Shown here piece by piece: positions 26,901-41,900 of a DNA stretch of 64,000 nucleotides. The DNA is from Balanoglossus misakiensis. Lineage: Eukaryota > Animalia > Hemichordata. The position numbers were made by a program, and so were the translations under genes. Every line of letters starts with the position of its first letter. Within the stretch, counting starts at the first letter, position 1. The DNA lies in NCBI GenBank assembly GCA_040954595.2, contig CM082586.2, positions 10,757,337-10,821,336 of the forward strand, in the 5' to 3' direction. Under the pieces are notes generated by a model. It searched no databases. It saw nothing but the letters and a program-made list of their open reading frames with translations, and had not been told where the DNA came from.

Positions 26901-29900
26901 AAATTTTCGACTTTGCAAAATCTAAAAATTTTGTCGATTTTTGAAAAAAATCATGGGTGAAAATCATCAAAAAATGACAAATTTTCGACTTTGCAAAATC
27001 TCAAAATTTCGTCGATTTTTGAAAAAAATCATGGGTTCGTTCAATTTTGAAAAAAAAACATGGGTGAAAATCATCAAAAAATTACAAATTTTCGACTTTG
27101 CAAAATCTCAAAATTTTGTCGATTTTTGAAAAAAAATCATGGGTGAAAATCATTAATAAATGACAAATTTTCGACTTTGCAAAATCTCAAAATTTCGTCG
27201 ATTTTTGAAAAAAAATCATGGGTGAAAATCATCAAAAAATTACAAATTTTCGACTTTGCAAAATCTCAAAATTTCGTCGATTTTTGAGAAAAATCATGGG
27301 TGAAAATCATCAAAAAATGACAAATTTTCGACTTTGCAAAATCTCAAAATTTTGTCGATTTTTGAAAAAAAATCATGGGTTCGTTGATTTTTGAAAAAAA
27401 ACATGGGTGAAAATCATCAAAAAATTACAAATTTTCGAATTTGCAAAATCTCAAAATTTCGTCGATTTTGGAAAAAAAAACATGGGTGAAAATCATCAAA
27501 AAATTACAAATTTTCGACTTTGCAAAATCTCAAAATTTCGTAGATTTTGGAAAAAAAAATCATGGGTTCGTCGATTTTTGAAAAAAATCATGGGTGAAAA
27601 TCATCAAAAAATGACAAATTTTCGTCTTTGCAAAATCCCAAAATTTGGTCGATTTTTGAAAAACAAAATCATGGGAAAAAATCATCAAAAAATGACAAAT
27701 TTTCGACTTTGCAAAATCTCAAAATTTCGTAAATTTTTGAAAAAAAGTCATGGGTGAAAATCATCAAAAAATTACAAATTTTCGTCTTTGCAAAATCTCA
27801 AAATTTCGTCGATTTTTGAAAAAAAAAATCATGGGTAAAAATCATCAAAAAATTACAAATTTTCGACTTTGCAAAATCTAAAAATTTTGTCGATTTTTGA
27901 AAAAAACAATCATGGTGAAAATCATCAAAAAATGACAAATTTTCGACTTTGCAAAATCTCAAAATGTCAATTTTTTAAAAAAATCATGAGTTCGTTGATT
28001 TTTAAAAAAAAACATTGGTGTCAATTTTTTAAAAAAATCATGGGTTCGTTGATTTTTAAAAAAAAACATTGGTGAAAATCATCAAAAAATTACAAATTTT
28101 CGACTTTGCAAAATCTCAAAATTTCGTACATTTTTGAAAAAAAATCATGGGTGAAAATCATCAAAAAATGACAAATTTTCGTCTTTGCAAAATCTCAAAA
28201 TTTCGTCATTTTTTAAAAAAAAATCATGGTGAAAATCATCAAAAAATGACAAATTGTCGACTTTGCAAAATCTAAAAATTTTGTCGATTTTTGAAAAAAA
28301 TCATGGGTGAAAATAATCAAAAAATGACAAATTTTCGACTTTGCAAAATCTCAAAATTTCGTCGATTTTTGAAAAAAATCATGGGTGAAAATCATCAAAA
28401 AATGACAAATTTTCGACTTTGCAAAATCTCAAAATTTTGTCGATTTTTGAAAAAAAATCATGGGTTCGTTGATTTTTGAAAAAAAACATGGGTGAAAATC
28501 ATCAAAAAATTACAAATTTTCGAATTTGCAAAATCTCAAAATTTCGTCGATTTTTGAAAAAAATCATGGGTGAAAATCATCAAAAAATGACAAATTTTCG
28601 ACTTTGCAAAATCTCAAAATTTCGTAAATTTTTGAAAAAAAGTCATGGGTGAAAATCATCAAAAAATTAAAAAGTTTCGTCTTTGCAAAATCTCAAAATT
28701 TCGTCGATTTTTGAAAAAAAAATCATGGGTAAAAATCATCAAAAAATTACAAATTTTCGACTTTGCAAAATCTAAAAATTTTGTCGATTTTTGAAAAAAA
28801 TCATGGGTGAAAATCATCAAAAAATGACAAATTTTCGACTTTGCAAAATCTTAAATTTCGTCGATTTTTGAAAAAAATCATGGGTGAAAATCATCAAAAA
28901 ATGACAAATTTTTGACTTTGCAAAATCTCAAAATTTCGTCGATTTTTGAGAAAAATCATAGGAAAAAATTATCAAAAAATGACAAATTTTCGACTTTGCA
29001 AAATCTCAAAATTTCGTCGATTTTTGAAAAAAATCATGGGTGAAAATCATCAAAAAATGACAAATTTTCGACTTTGCAAAATCTTAAATTTCGTCGATTT
29101 TTGAAAAAAATCATGGGTGAAAATCATCAAAAAATGACAAATTTTTGACTTTGCAAAATCTCAAAATTTCGTCGATTTTTGAGAAAAATCATGGGTGAAA
29201 ATCATCAAAAAATGACAAATTTTCGTCTTTGCAAAATCTCAAAATTTGGTCGATTTTTGAAAAAAAAAATCATGGGTAAAAATCATCAAAAAATGACAAA
29301 TTTTCGACTTTGCAAAATCTCAAATTTCGTCGATTTTTGAAAAGAATCATGGGTGAAAATCATCAAAAAATGACAAATTTTCGACTTTGCAAAATCTCAA
29401 AATTTCGTCGATTTTTGAGAAAAATCATGGGTGAAAATCATCAAAAAACGACAAATTTTCGTCTTTGCAAAATCTCAAAATTTCGTCGATTTTTGAAAAA
29501 AATCATGGGTGAAAATCATCAAAAAATGACAATTTTTTGTCTTTGCAAAATCTCAAAATTTGGTCGATTTTTGAAAAACAAAATCATGGGAAAAAATCAT
29601 CAAAAAATGACAAATTTTCGACTTTGCAAAATCTCAAAATTTCGTCGATTTTGGAAAAAAAAACATGGGTGAAAATCATCAAAAAATTACAAATTTTCGA
29701 CTTTGCAAAATCTCAAAATTTTGTCGATTTTTGAAAAAAAATCATGGGTGAAAATCATTAATAAATGACAAATTTTCGACTTTGCAAAATCTCAAAATTT
29801 CGTCGATTTTTGAAAAAAAATCATGGGTGAAAATCATCAAAAAATTACAAATTTTCGACTTTGCAAAATCTCAAAATTTCGTCGATTTTTGAGAAAAATC

Positions 29901-32900
29901 ATGGGTGAAAATCATCAAAAAATGACAAATTTTCGACTTTGCAAAATCTCAAAATTTTGTCGATTTTTGAAAAAAAATCATGGGTTCGTTGATTTTTGAA
30001 AAAAAACATGGGTGAAAATCATCAAAAAATTACAAATTTTCGAATTTGCAAAATCTCAAAATTTTGTCGATTTTTGAAAAAAATCATGGGTGAAAATCAT
30101 CAAAAAATGACACATTTTCGACTTTGCAAAATCTCAAAATTTCGTCGATTTTTGAAAAAAATCATGGGTGAAAATCATCAAAAAATGACAAATTTTCGAC
30201 TTTGCAAAATCTCAAAATTTCGTCGATTTTTGAAAAAAATCATGGGTTCGTTCAATTTTGAAAAAAAATATGGGTGAAAATCATCAAAAAATTACAAATT
30301 TTCGTCTTTGCAAAATCTCAAAATTTCGTCGATTTTTGAAAAAAAAAATCATGGGTAAAAATCATCAAAAAATTACAAATTTTCGACTTTGCAAAATCTA
30401 AAAATTTTGTCGATTTTTGAAAAAAATCATGGGTGAAAATCATCAAAAAATGACAAATTTTCGACTTTGCAAAATCTCAAAATTTCGTAGATTTTTGAAA
30501 AAAAATCATGGGTTCGTTGATTTTTGAAAAAAAAAGGGTGAAAATCATCAAAAAATTACAAATTTTCGACTTTGCAAAATCTCAAAATTTCGTCGATTTT
30601 TGAAAAAAAAAATCATGGGTAAAAATCATCAAAAAATGACAAATTTTCGACTTTGCAAAATCTCAAAATTTCGTCGATTTTTGAAAAAAATCATGGGTTC
30701 GTTCAATTTTGAAAAAAAACATGGGTGAAAATCATCAAAAAATTACAAATTTTCGACTTTGCAAAATCTCAAAAATTTGTCGATTTTTGAAAAAAAATCA
30801 TGGGTGAAAATCATTAATAAATGACAAATTTTCGACTTTGCAAAATCTCAAAATTTCGTCGATTTTTGAAAAAAAAAACATGGGTGAAAATCATCAAAAA
30901 ATGACAAATTTTCGACTTTGCAAAATCTCAAAATTTCGTCGATTTTTGAAAAAAATCATGGGTTCGTTCAATTTTGAAAAAAAACATGGGTGAAAATCAT
31001 CAAAAAATTACAAATTTTCGACTTTGCAAAATCTCAAAATTTTGTCGATTTTTGAAAAAAAATCATGGGTGAAAATCATTAATAAATGACAAATTTTCGA
31101 CTTTGCAAAATCTCAAAATTTCGTCGATTTTTGAAAAAAAATCATGGGTGAAAATCATCAAAAAATTACAAATTTTCGACTTTGCAAAATCTCAAAATTT
31201 CGTCGATTTTTGAGAAAAATCATGGGTGAAAATCATCAAAAAATGACAAATTTTCGACTTTGCAAAATCTCAAAATTTTGTCGATTTTTGAAAAAAAATC
31301 ATGGGTTCGTTGATTTTTGAAAAAAAACATGGGTGAAAATCATCAAAAAATTACAAATTTTCGAATTTGCAAAATCTCAAAATTTTGTCGATTTTTGAAA
31401 AAAATCATGGGTGAAAATCATCAAAAAATGACACATTTTCGACTTTGCAAAATCTCAAAATTTCGTCGATTTTTGAAAAAAATCATGGGTGAAAATCATC
31501 AAAAAATGACAAATTTTCGACTTTGCAAAATCTCAAAATTTCGTCGATTTTTGAAAAAAATCATGGGTTCGTTCAATTTTGAAAAAAAACATGGGTGAAA
31601 ATCATCAAAAAATTACAAATTTTCGACTTTGCAAAATCTCAAAAATTTGTCGATTTTTGAAAAAAAATCATGGGTGAAAATCATTAATAAATGATAAATT
31701 TTCGACATTGCAAAATCTCAAAATTTCGTCGATTTTTGAAAAAAAATCATGGGTGAAAATCATCAAAAAATTACAAATTTTCGACTTTGCAAAATCTCAA
31801 AATTTCGTCGATTTTTGAGAAAAATCATGGGTGAAAATCATCAAAAAATGACAAATTTTCGACTTTGCAAAATCTCAAAATTTTGTCGATTTTTGAAAAA
31901 AAATCATGGGTTCGTTGATTTTTGAAAAAAAATCATGGGTGAAAATCATCAAAAAATTACAAATTTTCGACTTTGCAAAATCTCAAAATTTCGTCGATTT
32001 TTGAGAAAAATCATGGGTGAAAATCATCAAAAAATGACAAATTTTCGACTTTGCAAAATCTCAAAATTTCGTAAATTTTTGAAAAAAAGTCATGGGTGAA
32101 AATCATCAAAAAATTACAAATTTTCGTCTTTGCAAAATCTCAAAATTTCGTCGATTTTTGAAAAAAAAAAATCATGGGTAAAAATCATCAAAAAATTACA
32201 AATTTTCGACTTTGCAAAATCTAAAAATTTTGTCGATTTTTGAAAAAAATCATGGGTGAAAATCATCAAAAAATGACAAATTTTCGACTTTGCAAAATCT
32301 CAAAATTTCGTAGATTTTTGAAAAAAAACATGGGTGAAAATCATCAAAAAATGACAAATTTTCGACTTTGCAAAATCTCAAATTTCGTCGATTTTTGAAA
32401 AAAATCATGGGTGAAAATCATCAAAAAATGACAAATTTTCGTCTTTGCAAAATCCCAAAATTTGGTCGATTTTTGAAAAACAAAATCATGGGAAAAAATC
32501 ATCAAAAAATGACAAATTTTCGACTTTGCAAAATCTCAAAATTTCGTAAATTTTTGAAAAAAAGTCATGGGTGAAAATCATCAAAAAATTACAAATTTTC
32601 GTCTTTGCAAAATCTCAAAATTTCGTCGATTTTTGAAAAAAAAAATCATGGGTAAAAATCATCAAAAAATGACAAATTTTCGACTTTGCAAAATCTAAAA
32701 AATTTTGTCGATTTTTGAAAAAAACAATCTTGGTGAAAATCATCAAAAAATGACAAATTTTCGACTTTGCAAAATCTCAAAATGTTGTCAATTTTTTAAA
32801 AAAATCATGAGTTCGTTGATTTTTAAAAAAAAACATTGGTGTCAATTTTTGAAAAAAATCATGGGTTCGTTGATTTTTAAAAAAAAACATTGGTGAAAAT

Positions 32901-35900
32901 CATCAAAAAATTACAAATTTTCGACTTTGCAAAATCTCAAAATTTCGTACATTTTTGAAAAAAAATCATGGGTGAAAATCATCAAAAAATGACAAATTTT
33001 CGACTTTGCAAAATCTCAAAATTTCGTCGATTTTTGAAAAAAATCACGGGTGAAAATCATCAAAAAATGACAAATTTTCGTCTTTGCTAAATCTCAAAAT
33101 TTCGTCGATTTTTGAAAAAAATCATGGGTGAAAATCATCAAAAAATGACAAATTTTCGACTTTGCAAAATCTCAAAATTTCGTACATTTTTAAAAAAAAA
33201 TCATGGGTGAAATTCATCAAAAAATGACAAATTTTCGTCTTTGCAAAATCTCAAAATTTCGCCGATTTTTGAAAAAAACAATCATGGTGAAAATCATCAA
33301 AAAATGACAAATTTTCGACTTTGCAAAATCTCAAAATGTTGTCAATTTTTTAAAAAAATCATGAGTTCGTTGATTTTTAAAAAAAAACATTGGTGTCAAT
33401 TTTTGAAAAAAATCATGGGTTCGTTGATTTTTAAAAAAAAACATTGGTGAAAATCATCAAAAAATTACAAATTTTCGACTTTGCAAAATCTAAAAATTTC
33501 GTACATTTTTGAAAAAAAATCATGGGTGAAAATCATCAAAAAATGACAAATTTTCGTCTTTGCAAAATCTCAAAATTTCGTCGTTTTTTAAAAAAAAATC
33601 ATGGTGAAAATCATCAAAAAATGACAAATTGTCGACTTTGCAAAATCTAAAAATTTTGTCGATTTTTGAAAAAAATCATGGGTGAAAATAATCAAAAAAT
33701 GACAAATTTTCGACTTTGCAAAATCTCAAAATTTCGTCGATTTTTGAAAAAAATCATGGGTGAAAATCATCAAAAAATGACAAATTTTCGACTTTGCAAA
33801 ATCTCAAAATTTCGTCGATTTTTGAGAAAAATCATGGGTGAAAATCATCAAAAAACGACAAATTTTCGTCTTTGCAAAATCTCAAAATTTCGTCGATTTT
33901 TGAAAAAAATCATGGGTGAAAATCATCAAAAAATGACAATTTTTTGTCTTTGCAAAATCTCAAAATTTGGTCGATTTTTGAAAAACAAAATCATGGGAAA
34001 AAATCATCAAAAAATGACAAATTTTCGACTTTGCAAAATCTCAAAATTTCGTCGATTTTGGAAAAAAAAACATGGGTGAAAATCATCAAAAAATTACAAA
34101 TTTTCGACTTTGCAAAATCTCAAAATTTTGTCGATTTTTGAAAAAAAATCATGGGTGAAAATCATTAATAAATGACAAATTTTCGACTTTGCAAAATCTC
34201 AAAATTTCGTCGATTTTTGAAAAAAAATCATGGGTGAAAATCATCAAAAAATGACAAATTTTCGACTTTGCAAAATCTCAAAATTTCGTCGATTTTTGAG
34301 AAAAATCATGGGTGAAAATCATCAAAAAATGACAAATTTTCGACTTTGCAAAATCTCAAAATTTTGTCGATTTTTGAAAAAAAATCATGGGTTCGTTGAT
34401 TTTTGAAAAAAAACATGGGTGAAAATCATCAAAAAAGTACAAATTTTCGACTTTGCAAAATCTCAAAATTTCGTAAATTTTTGAAAAAAAGTCATGGGTG
34501 AAAATCATCAAAAAATGACAAATTATCGACTTTGCAAAATCTCACAATTTTGTCGATTTTTGAAAAAAAATCATGGGTTCGTTGATTTTTTAAAAAAAAC
34601 ATGGGTGAAAATCATCAAAAAATTACAAATTTTCGAATTTGCAAAATCTCAAAATTTCGTCGATTTTTGAAAAAAAAACATGGGTGAAAATCATCAAAAA
34701 ATGACAAATTTTCGACTTTGCAAAATCTCAAAATTTCGTAAATTTTTGAAAAAAAGTCATGGGTGAAAATCATCAAAAAATTACAAATTTTCGTCTTTGC
34801 AAAATCTCAAAATCTCGTCGATTTTTGAAAAAAATCATGGGTGAAAATCATCAAAAAATGACAAATTTTCGACTTTGCAAAATCTCAAAATTTTGTCGAT
34901 TTTTGAAAAAAAATCATGGGTTCGTTGATTTTTGAAAAAAAACATGGGTGAAAATCATCAAAAAATGACAAATTTTCGACTTTTCAAAATCTCAAAATTT
35001 CGTAAATATTTGAAAAAAAGTCATGGGTGAAAATCATCAAAAAATTACAAATTTTCGTCTTTGCAAAATCTCAAAATTTCGTCGATTTTTGAAAAAAAAA
35101 ATCATGGGTAAAAATCATCAAAAAATAACAAATTTTCGACTTTGCAAAATCTAAAAATTTTGTCGATTTTTGAAAAAAATCATGGGTGAAAATCATCAAA
35201 AAATGACAAATTTTCGACTTTGCAAAATCTCAAAATTTCGTCGATTTTTGAAAAAAATCATGGGTTCGTTCAATTTTAAAAAAAAACATGGGTGAAAATC
35301 ATCAAAAAATTACAAATTTTCGACTTTGCAAAATCTCAAAATTTTGTCGATTTTTGAAAAAAAATCATGGGTGAAAATCATTAATAAATGACAAATTTTC
35401 GACTTTGCAAAATCTCAAAATTTCGTCGATTTTTGAAAAAAAATCATGGGTGAAAATCATCAAAAAATTACAAATTTTCGACTTTGCAAAATCTCAAAAT
35501 TTCGTCGATTTTTGAGAAAAATCATGGGTGAAAATCATCAAAAAATGACAAATTTTCGACTTTGCAAAAACTCAAAATTTTGTCGATTTTTGAAAAAAAA
35601 TCATGGGTTCGTTGATTTTTGAAAAAATACATGGGTGAAAATCATCAAAAAATTACAAATTTTCGAATTTGCAAAATCTCAAAATTTTGTCGATTTTTGA
35701 AAAAAATCATGGGTGAAAATAATCAAAAAATTACAAATTTTCGACTTTGCAAAATCTAAAAATTTTGTCGATTTTTGAAAAAAATCATGGGTGAAAATCA
35801 TCAAAAAATGACAAATTTTCGACTTTGCAAAATCTCAAAATTTTGTCGATTTTTGAAAAAAAATCATGGGTTCGTTGATTTTTGAAAAAAAACATGGGTG

Positions 35901-38900
35901 AAAATCATCAAAAAATTACAAATTTTCGAATTTGCAAAATCTCAAAATTTCTTAAATTTTTGAAAAAAAGTCATGGGTGAAAATCATCAAAAAATTACAA
36001 ATTTTCGTCTTTGCAAAATCTCAAAATTTCGTCGATTTTTGAAAAAAAAAATCATGGGTAAAAATCATCAAAAAATTACAAATTTTCGACTTTGCAAAAT
36101 CTAAAAATTTTGTCGATTTTTGAAAAAAATCATGGGTGAAAATCATCAAAAAATGACAAATTTTCGACTTTGCAAAATCTCAAAATTTCGTAGATTTTTG
36201 AAAAAAAAAATCATGGGTAAAAATCATCAAAAAATTACAAATTTTCGACTTTGCAAAATCTAAAAATTTTGTCGATTTTTGAAAACAATCATGGGTGAAA
36301 ATCATCAAAAAATGACAAATTTTCGACTTTGCAAAATCTCAAAATTTTGTCGATTTTTGAAAAAAAATCATGGGTGAAAATCATTAATAAATGACAAATT
36401 TTCGACTTTGCAAAATCTCAAAATTTCGTCGATTTTTGAAAAAAAATCATGGGTGAAAATCATCAAAAAATTACAAATTTTCGACTTTGCAAAATCTCAA
36501 AATTTCGTCGATTTTTGAAAAAAAATCATGGGTGAAAATCATCAAAAAATTACAAATTTTCGACTTTGCAAAATCTCAAAATTTTGTCGATTTTTGAAAA
36601 AAAATCATGGGTTCGTTGATTTTTGAAAAAAAACATGGGTGAAAATCATCAAAAAATTACAAATTTTCGAATTTGCAAAATCACAAAATTTCGTCGATTT
36701 TTGAAAAAAAAACATGGGTGAAAATCATCAAAAAATTACAAATTTTCGACTTTGCAAAATCTCAAAATTTCGTAAATTTTTGAAAAAAAGTCATGGGTGA
36801 AAATCATCAAAAAATTACAAATTTTCGTCTTTGCAAAATCTCAAAATTTCGTCGATTTTTGAAAAAAAAAATCATGGGTAAAAATCATCAAAAAATTACA
36901 AATTTTCGACTTTGCAAAATCTAAAAATTTTGTCGATTTTTGAAAAAAATCATGGGTGAAAATCATCAAAAAATGACAAATTTTCGTCTTTGCAAAATCT
37001 CAAAATTTCGTCCATTTTTGAATAAAAATCATGGGTGAAAATCATCAAAAAATGACACATTTTCGACTTTGCAAAATCTAAAAATTTCGTCGATTTTTGA
37101 AAAAAATCATGGTTGAAAATCATCAAAAAATGACAAATTTTCGTCTTTGCTAAATCTCAAAATTTCGTCGGTTTTTGAAAAATAATATGGGTGAAAATCA
37201 TCAAAAAATGACAAATTTTCGACTTTGCAAAATCTCAAAATTTCGTCCATTTTTGAAAAAAATCATAGGTTCGTCGATTTCTAAAAAAAAACATGGGTGA
37301 AAATCATCAAAAAATGACAAATTTTCGACTTTGCAAAATCTCAAAATTTCGTCGATTTTTGAAAAAAATCATGGGTGAAAATCATCAAAAAATGACAAAT
37401 TTTCGACTTCGCAAAATCTCAAAATTTCGTCAATTTTTGAAAAAATCAGGGGTAAAAATCATCAAAAAATGACAAATTTTCGTCTTTGCTAAATCTCAAA
37501 ATTTCGTCGGTTTTTGAAAAATAATATGGGTGAAAATCATCAAAAAATGACAAATTTTCGACTTTGCAAAATCTCAAAATTTCGTCCATTTTTGAAAAAA
37601 AATCATGGTAAAAATCATCAAAAAATGACAAATTTTCGTCTTTGCAAAATCTCAAAATTTCTTCCATTTAAAAAAAAAAGCATGGGGGAAAATCATCAAA
37701 AAATGACAAATTTTCGTCTTTGCAAAATCTCAAAATTTCGTCCATTTAAAAAAAAAAACATGGGTGAAAATCATCAAAAAATGACAAATTTTTGACTTTT
37801 CAAAATCTCACAATTTCGTCGATTTTTGAAAAAAATCATGGGTGAAAATCATCAAAAAATGACAAATTTTCGACTTTGCAAAAACTCAAAATTTTGTCGA
37901 TTTTTGAAAAAAAATCATGGGTTCGTTGATTTTTGAAAAAATACATGGGTGAAAATCATCAAAAAATTACAAATTTTCGAATTTGCAAAATCTCAAAATT
38001 TTGTCGATTTTTGAAAAAAATCATGGGTGAAAATAATCAAAAAATTACAAATTTTCGACTTTGCAAAATCTAAAAATTTTGTCGATTTTTGAAAAAAATC
38101 ATGGGTGAAAATCATCAAAAAATGACAAATTTTCGACTTTGCAAAATCTCAAAATTTTGTCGATTTTTGAAAAAAAATCATGGGTTCGTTGATTTTTGAA
38201 AAAAAACATGGGTGAAAATCATCAAAAAATTACAAATTTTCGAATTTGCAAAATCTCAAAATTTCTTAAATTTTTGAAAAAAAGTCATGGGTGAAAATCA
38301 TCAAAAAATTACAAATTTTCGTCTTTGCAAAATCTCAAAATTTCGTCGATTTTTGAAAAAAAAAATCATGGGTAAAAATCATCAAAAAATTACAAATTTT
38401 CGACTTTGCAAAATCTAAAAATTTTGTCGATTTTTGAAAAAAATCATGGGTGAAAATCATCAAAAAATGACAAATTTTCGACTTTGCAAAATCTCAAAAT
38501 TTCGTAGATTTTTGAAAAAAAAAATCATGGGTAAAAATCATCAAAAAATTACAAATTTTCGACTTTGCAAAATCTAAAAATTTTGTCGATTTTTGAAAAC
38601 AATCATGGGTGAAAATCATCAAAAAATGACAAATTTTCGACTTTGCAAAATCTCAAAATTTTGTCGATTTTTGAAAAAAAATCATGGGTGAAAATCATTA
38701 ATAAATGACAAATTTTCGACTTTGCAAAATCTCAAAATTTCGTCGATTTTTGAAAAAAAATCATGGGTGAAAATCATCAAAAAATTACAAATTTTCGACT
38801 TTGCAAAATCTCAAAATTTCGTCGATTTTTGAAAAAAAATCATGGGTGAAAATCATCAAAAAATTACAAATTTTCGACTTTGCAAAATCTCAAAATTTTG

Positions 38901-41900
38901 TCGATTTTTGAAAAAAAATCATGGGTTCGTTGATTTTTGAAAAAAAACATGGGTGAAAATCATCAAAAAATTACAAATTTTCGAATTTGCAAAATCACAA
39001 AATTTCGTAAATTTTTGAAAAAAAGTCATGGGTGAAAATCATCAAAAAATTACAAATTTTCGTCTTTGCAAAATCTCAAAATTTCGTCGATTTTTGAAAA
39101 AAAAAATCATGGGTAAAAATCATCAAAAAATTACAAATTTTCGACTTTGCAAAATCTAAAAATTTTGTCGATTTTTGAAAAAAATCATGGGTGAAAATCA
39201 TCAAAAAATGACAAATTTTCGTCTTTGCAAAATCTCAAAATTTCGTCCATTTTTGAATAAAAATCATGGGTGAAAATCATCAAAAAATGACACATTTTCG
39301 ACTTTGCAAAATCTAAAAATTTCGTCGATTTTTGAAAAAAATCATGGTTGAAAATCATCAAAAAATGACAAATTTTCGTCTTTGCTAAATCTCAAAATTT
39401 CGTCGGTTTTTGAAAAATAATATGGGTGAAAATCATCAAAAAATGACAAATTTTCGACTTTGCAAAATCTCAAAATTTCGTCCATTTTTGAAAAAAATCA
39501 TAGGTTCGTCGATTTCTAAAAAAAAACATGGGTGAAAATCATCAAAAAATGACAAATTTTCGACTTTGCAAAATCTCAAAATTTCGTCGATTTTTGAAAA
39601 AAATCATGGGTGAAAATCATCAAAAAATGACAAATTTTCGACTTCGCAAAATCTCAAAATTTCGTCAATTTTTGAAAAAATCAGGGGTAAAAATCATCAA
39701 AAAATGACAAATTTTCGTCTTTGCTAAATCTCAAAATTTCGTCGGTTTTTGAAAAATAATATGGGTGAAAATCATCAAAAAATGACAAATTTTCGACTTT
39801 GCAAAATCTCAAAATTTCGTCCATTTTTGAAAAAAAATCATGGGTAAAAATCATCAAAAAATGACAAATTTTCGTCTTTGCAAAATCTCAAAATTTCTTC
39901 CATTTAAAAAAAAAAGCATGGGGGAAAATCATCAAAAAATGACAAATTTTCGTCTTTGCAAAATCTCAAAATTTCGTCCATTTAAAAAAAAAAACATGGG
40001 TGAAAATCATCAAAAAATGACAAATTTTTGACTTTTCAAAATCTCACAATTTCGTCGATTTTTGAAAAAAATCATGGGTGAAAATCATCAAAAAATGACA
40101 AATTATCGACTTTGCAAAATCTCAAAATTTCGTCGATTTTGAAAAAAACCATTGGGGGAAAATCATCAAAAAATGACAAATTATCGACTTTGCAAAATCT
40201 CAAAATTTCGTCCATTTTAAAAAAAAAACATGGGGGAAAATCATCAAAAAATGACAAATTTTCGACTTTGCAAAATCTCAAAATTTCGTCGATTTTGAAA
40301 AAAAACATTGGGGGAAAATCATCAAAAAATGACAAATTATCGACTTTGCACAATCTCACAATTTCGTCGATTTTTGAAAAAAATCATGGGTGAAAATCAT
40401 CAAAAAATTACAAATTTTCGACTTTGCAAAATCTCAACATTTCGTCGATTTTTGAAAAAAATCATGGGTGAAAATCATCAAAAAATGACAAATTTTCGAC
40501 TTTGCAAAATCTCACAATTTCGTCGATTTTTGAAAAAAATCATGGGTGAAAATCATCAAAAAATGACAAATTTTCGACTTTGCAAAATCTCAACATTTCG
40601 TCGATTTTTGAAAAAAATCATGGGTGAAAATCATCAAAAAATTACAAATTTTCGACTTTGCAAAATCTCAAAATTTCGTCGATTTTTGAAAAAAAATCAT
40701 GGGTGAAAATCATCAAAAAATTACAAATTTTCGACTTTGCAAAATCTCAAAATTTTGTCGATTTTTGAAAAAAAATCATGGGTTCGTTGATTTTTGAAAA
40801 AAAACATGGGTGAAAATCATCAAAAAATTACAAATTTTCGACTTTGCAAAATCTCAAAATTTCGTAAATTTTTGAAAAAAAGTCATGGGTGAAAATCATC
40901 AAAAAATTACAAATTTTCGTCTTTGCAAAATCTCAAAATTTCGTCGATTTTTGAAAAAAAAAATCATGGGTAAAAATCATCAAAAAATTACAAATTTTCG
41001 ACTTTGCAAAATCTAAAAATTTTGTCGATTTTTGAAAAAAATCATGGGTGAAAATCATCAAAAAATGACAAATTTTCGTCTTTGCAAAATCTCAAAATTT
41101 CGTCCATTTTTGAATAAAAATCATGGGTGAAAATCATCAAAAAATGACACATTTTCGACTTTGCAAAATCTAAAAATTTCGTCGATTTTTGAAAAAAATC
41201 ATGGTTGAAAATCATCAAAAAATGACAAAATTTTCGACTTTGTAAAATCACAAAATTTCGTCGATTTTGAAAAAAATCATAGGTTCGTCGATTTCTAAAA
41301 AAAAACATGGGTGAAAATCATCAAAAAATGACAAATTTTCGACTTTGCAAAATCTCAAAATTTCGTCGATTTTTGAAAAAAATCATGGGTGAAAATCATC
41401 AAAAAATGACAAATTTTCGACTTCGCAAAATCTCAAAATTTCGTCAATTTTTGAAAAAATCAGGGGTAAAAATCATCAAAAAATGACAAATTTTCGTCTT
41501 TGCTAAATCTCAATATTTCGTCGGTTTTTGAAAAATAATATGGGTGAAAATCATCAAAAAATGACAAATTTTCGACTTTGCAAAATCTCACAATTTCGTC
41601 GATTTTTGAAAAAAATCATGGGTGAAAATCATCAAAAAATGACAAATTATCGACTTTGCAAAATCTCAAAATTTCGTCGATTTTGAAAAAAACCATTGGG
41701 GGAAAATCATCAAAAAATGACAAATTATCGACTTTGCAAAATCTCAAAATTTCGTCCATTTTAAAAAAAAAAACATGGGGGAAAATCATCAAAACATGAC
41801 AAATTTTCGACTTTGCAAAATCTCAAAATTTCGTCGATTTTGAAAAAAAACATTGGGGGAAAATCATCAAAAAATGACAAATTATCGACTTTGCACAATC

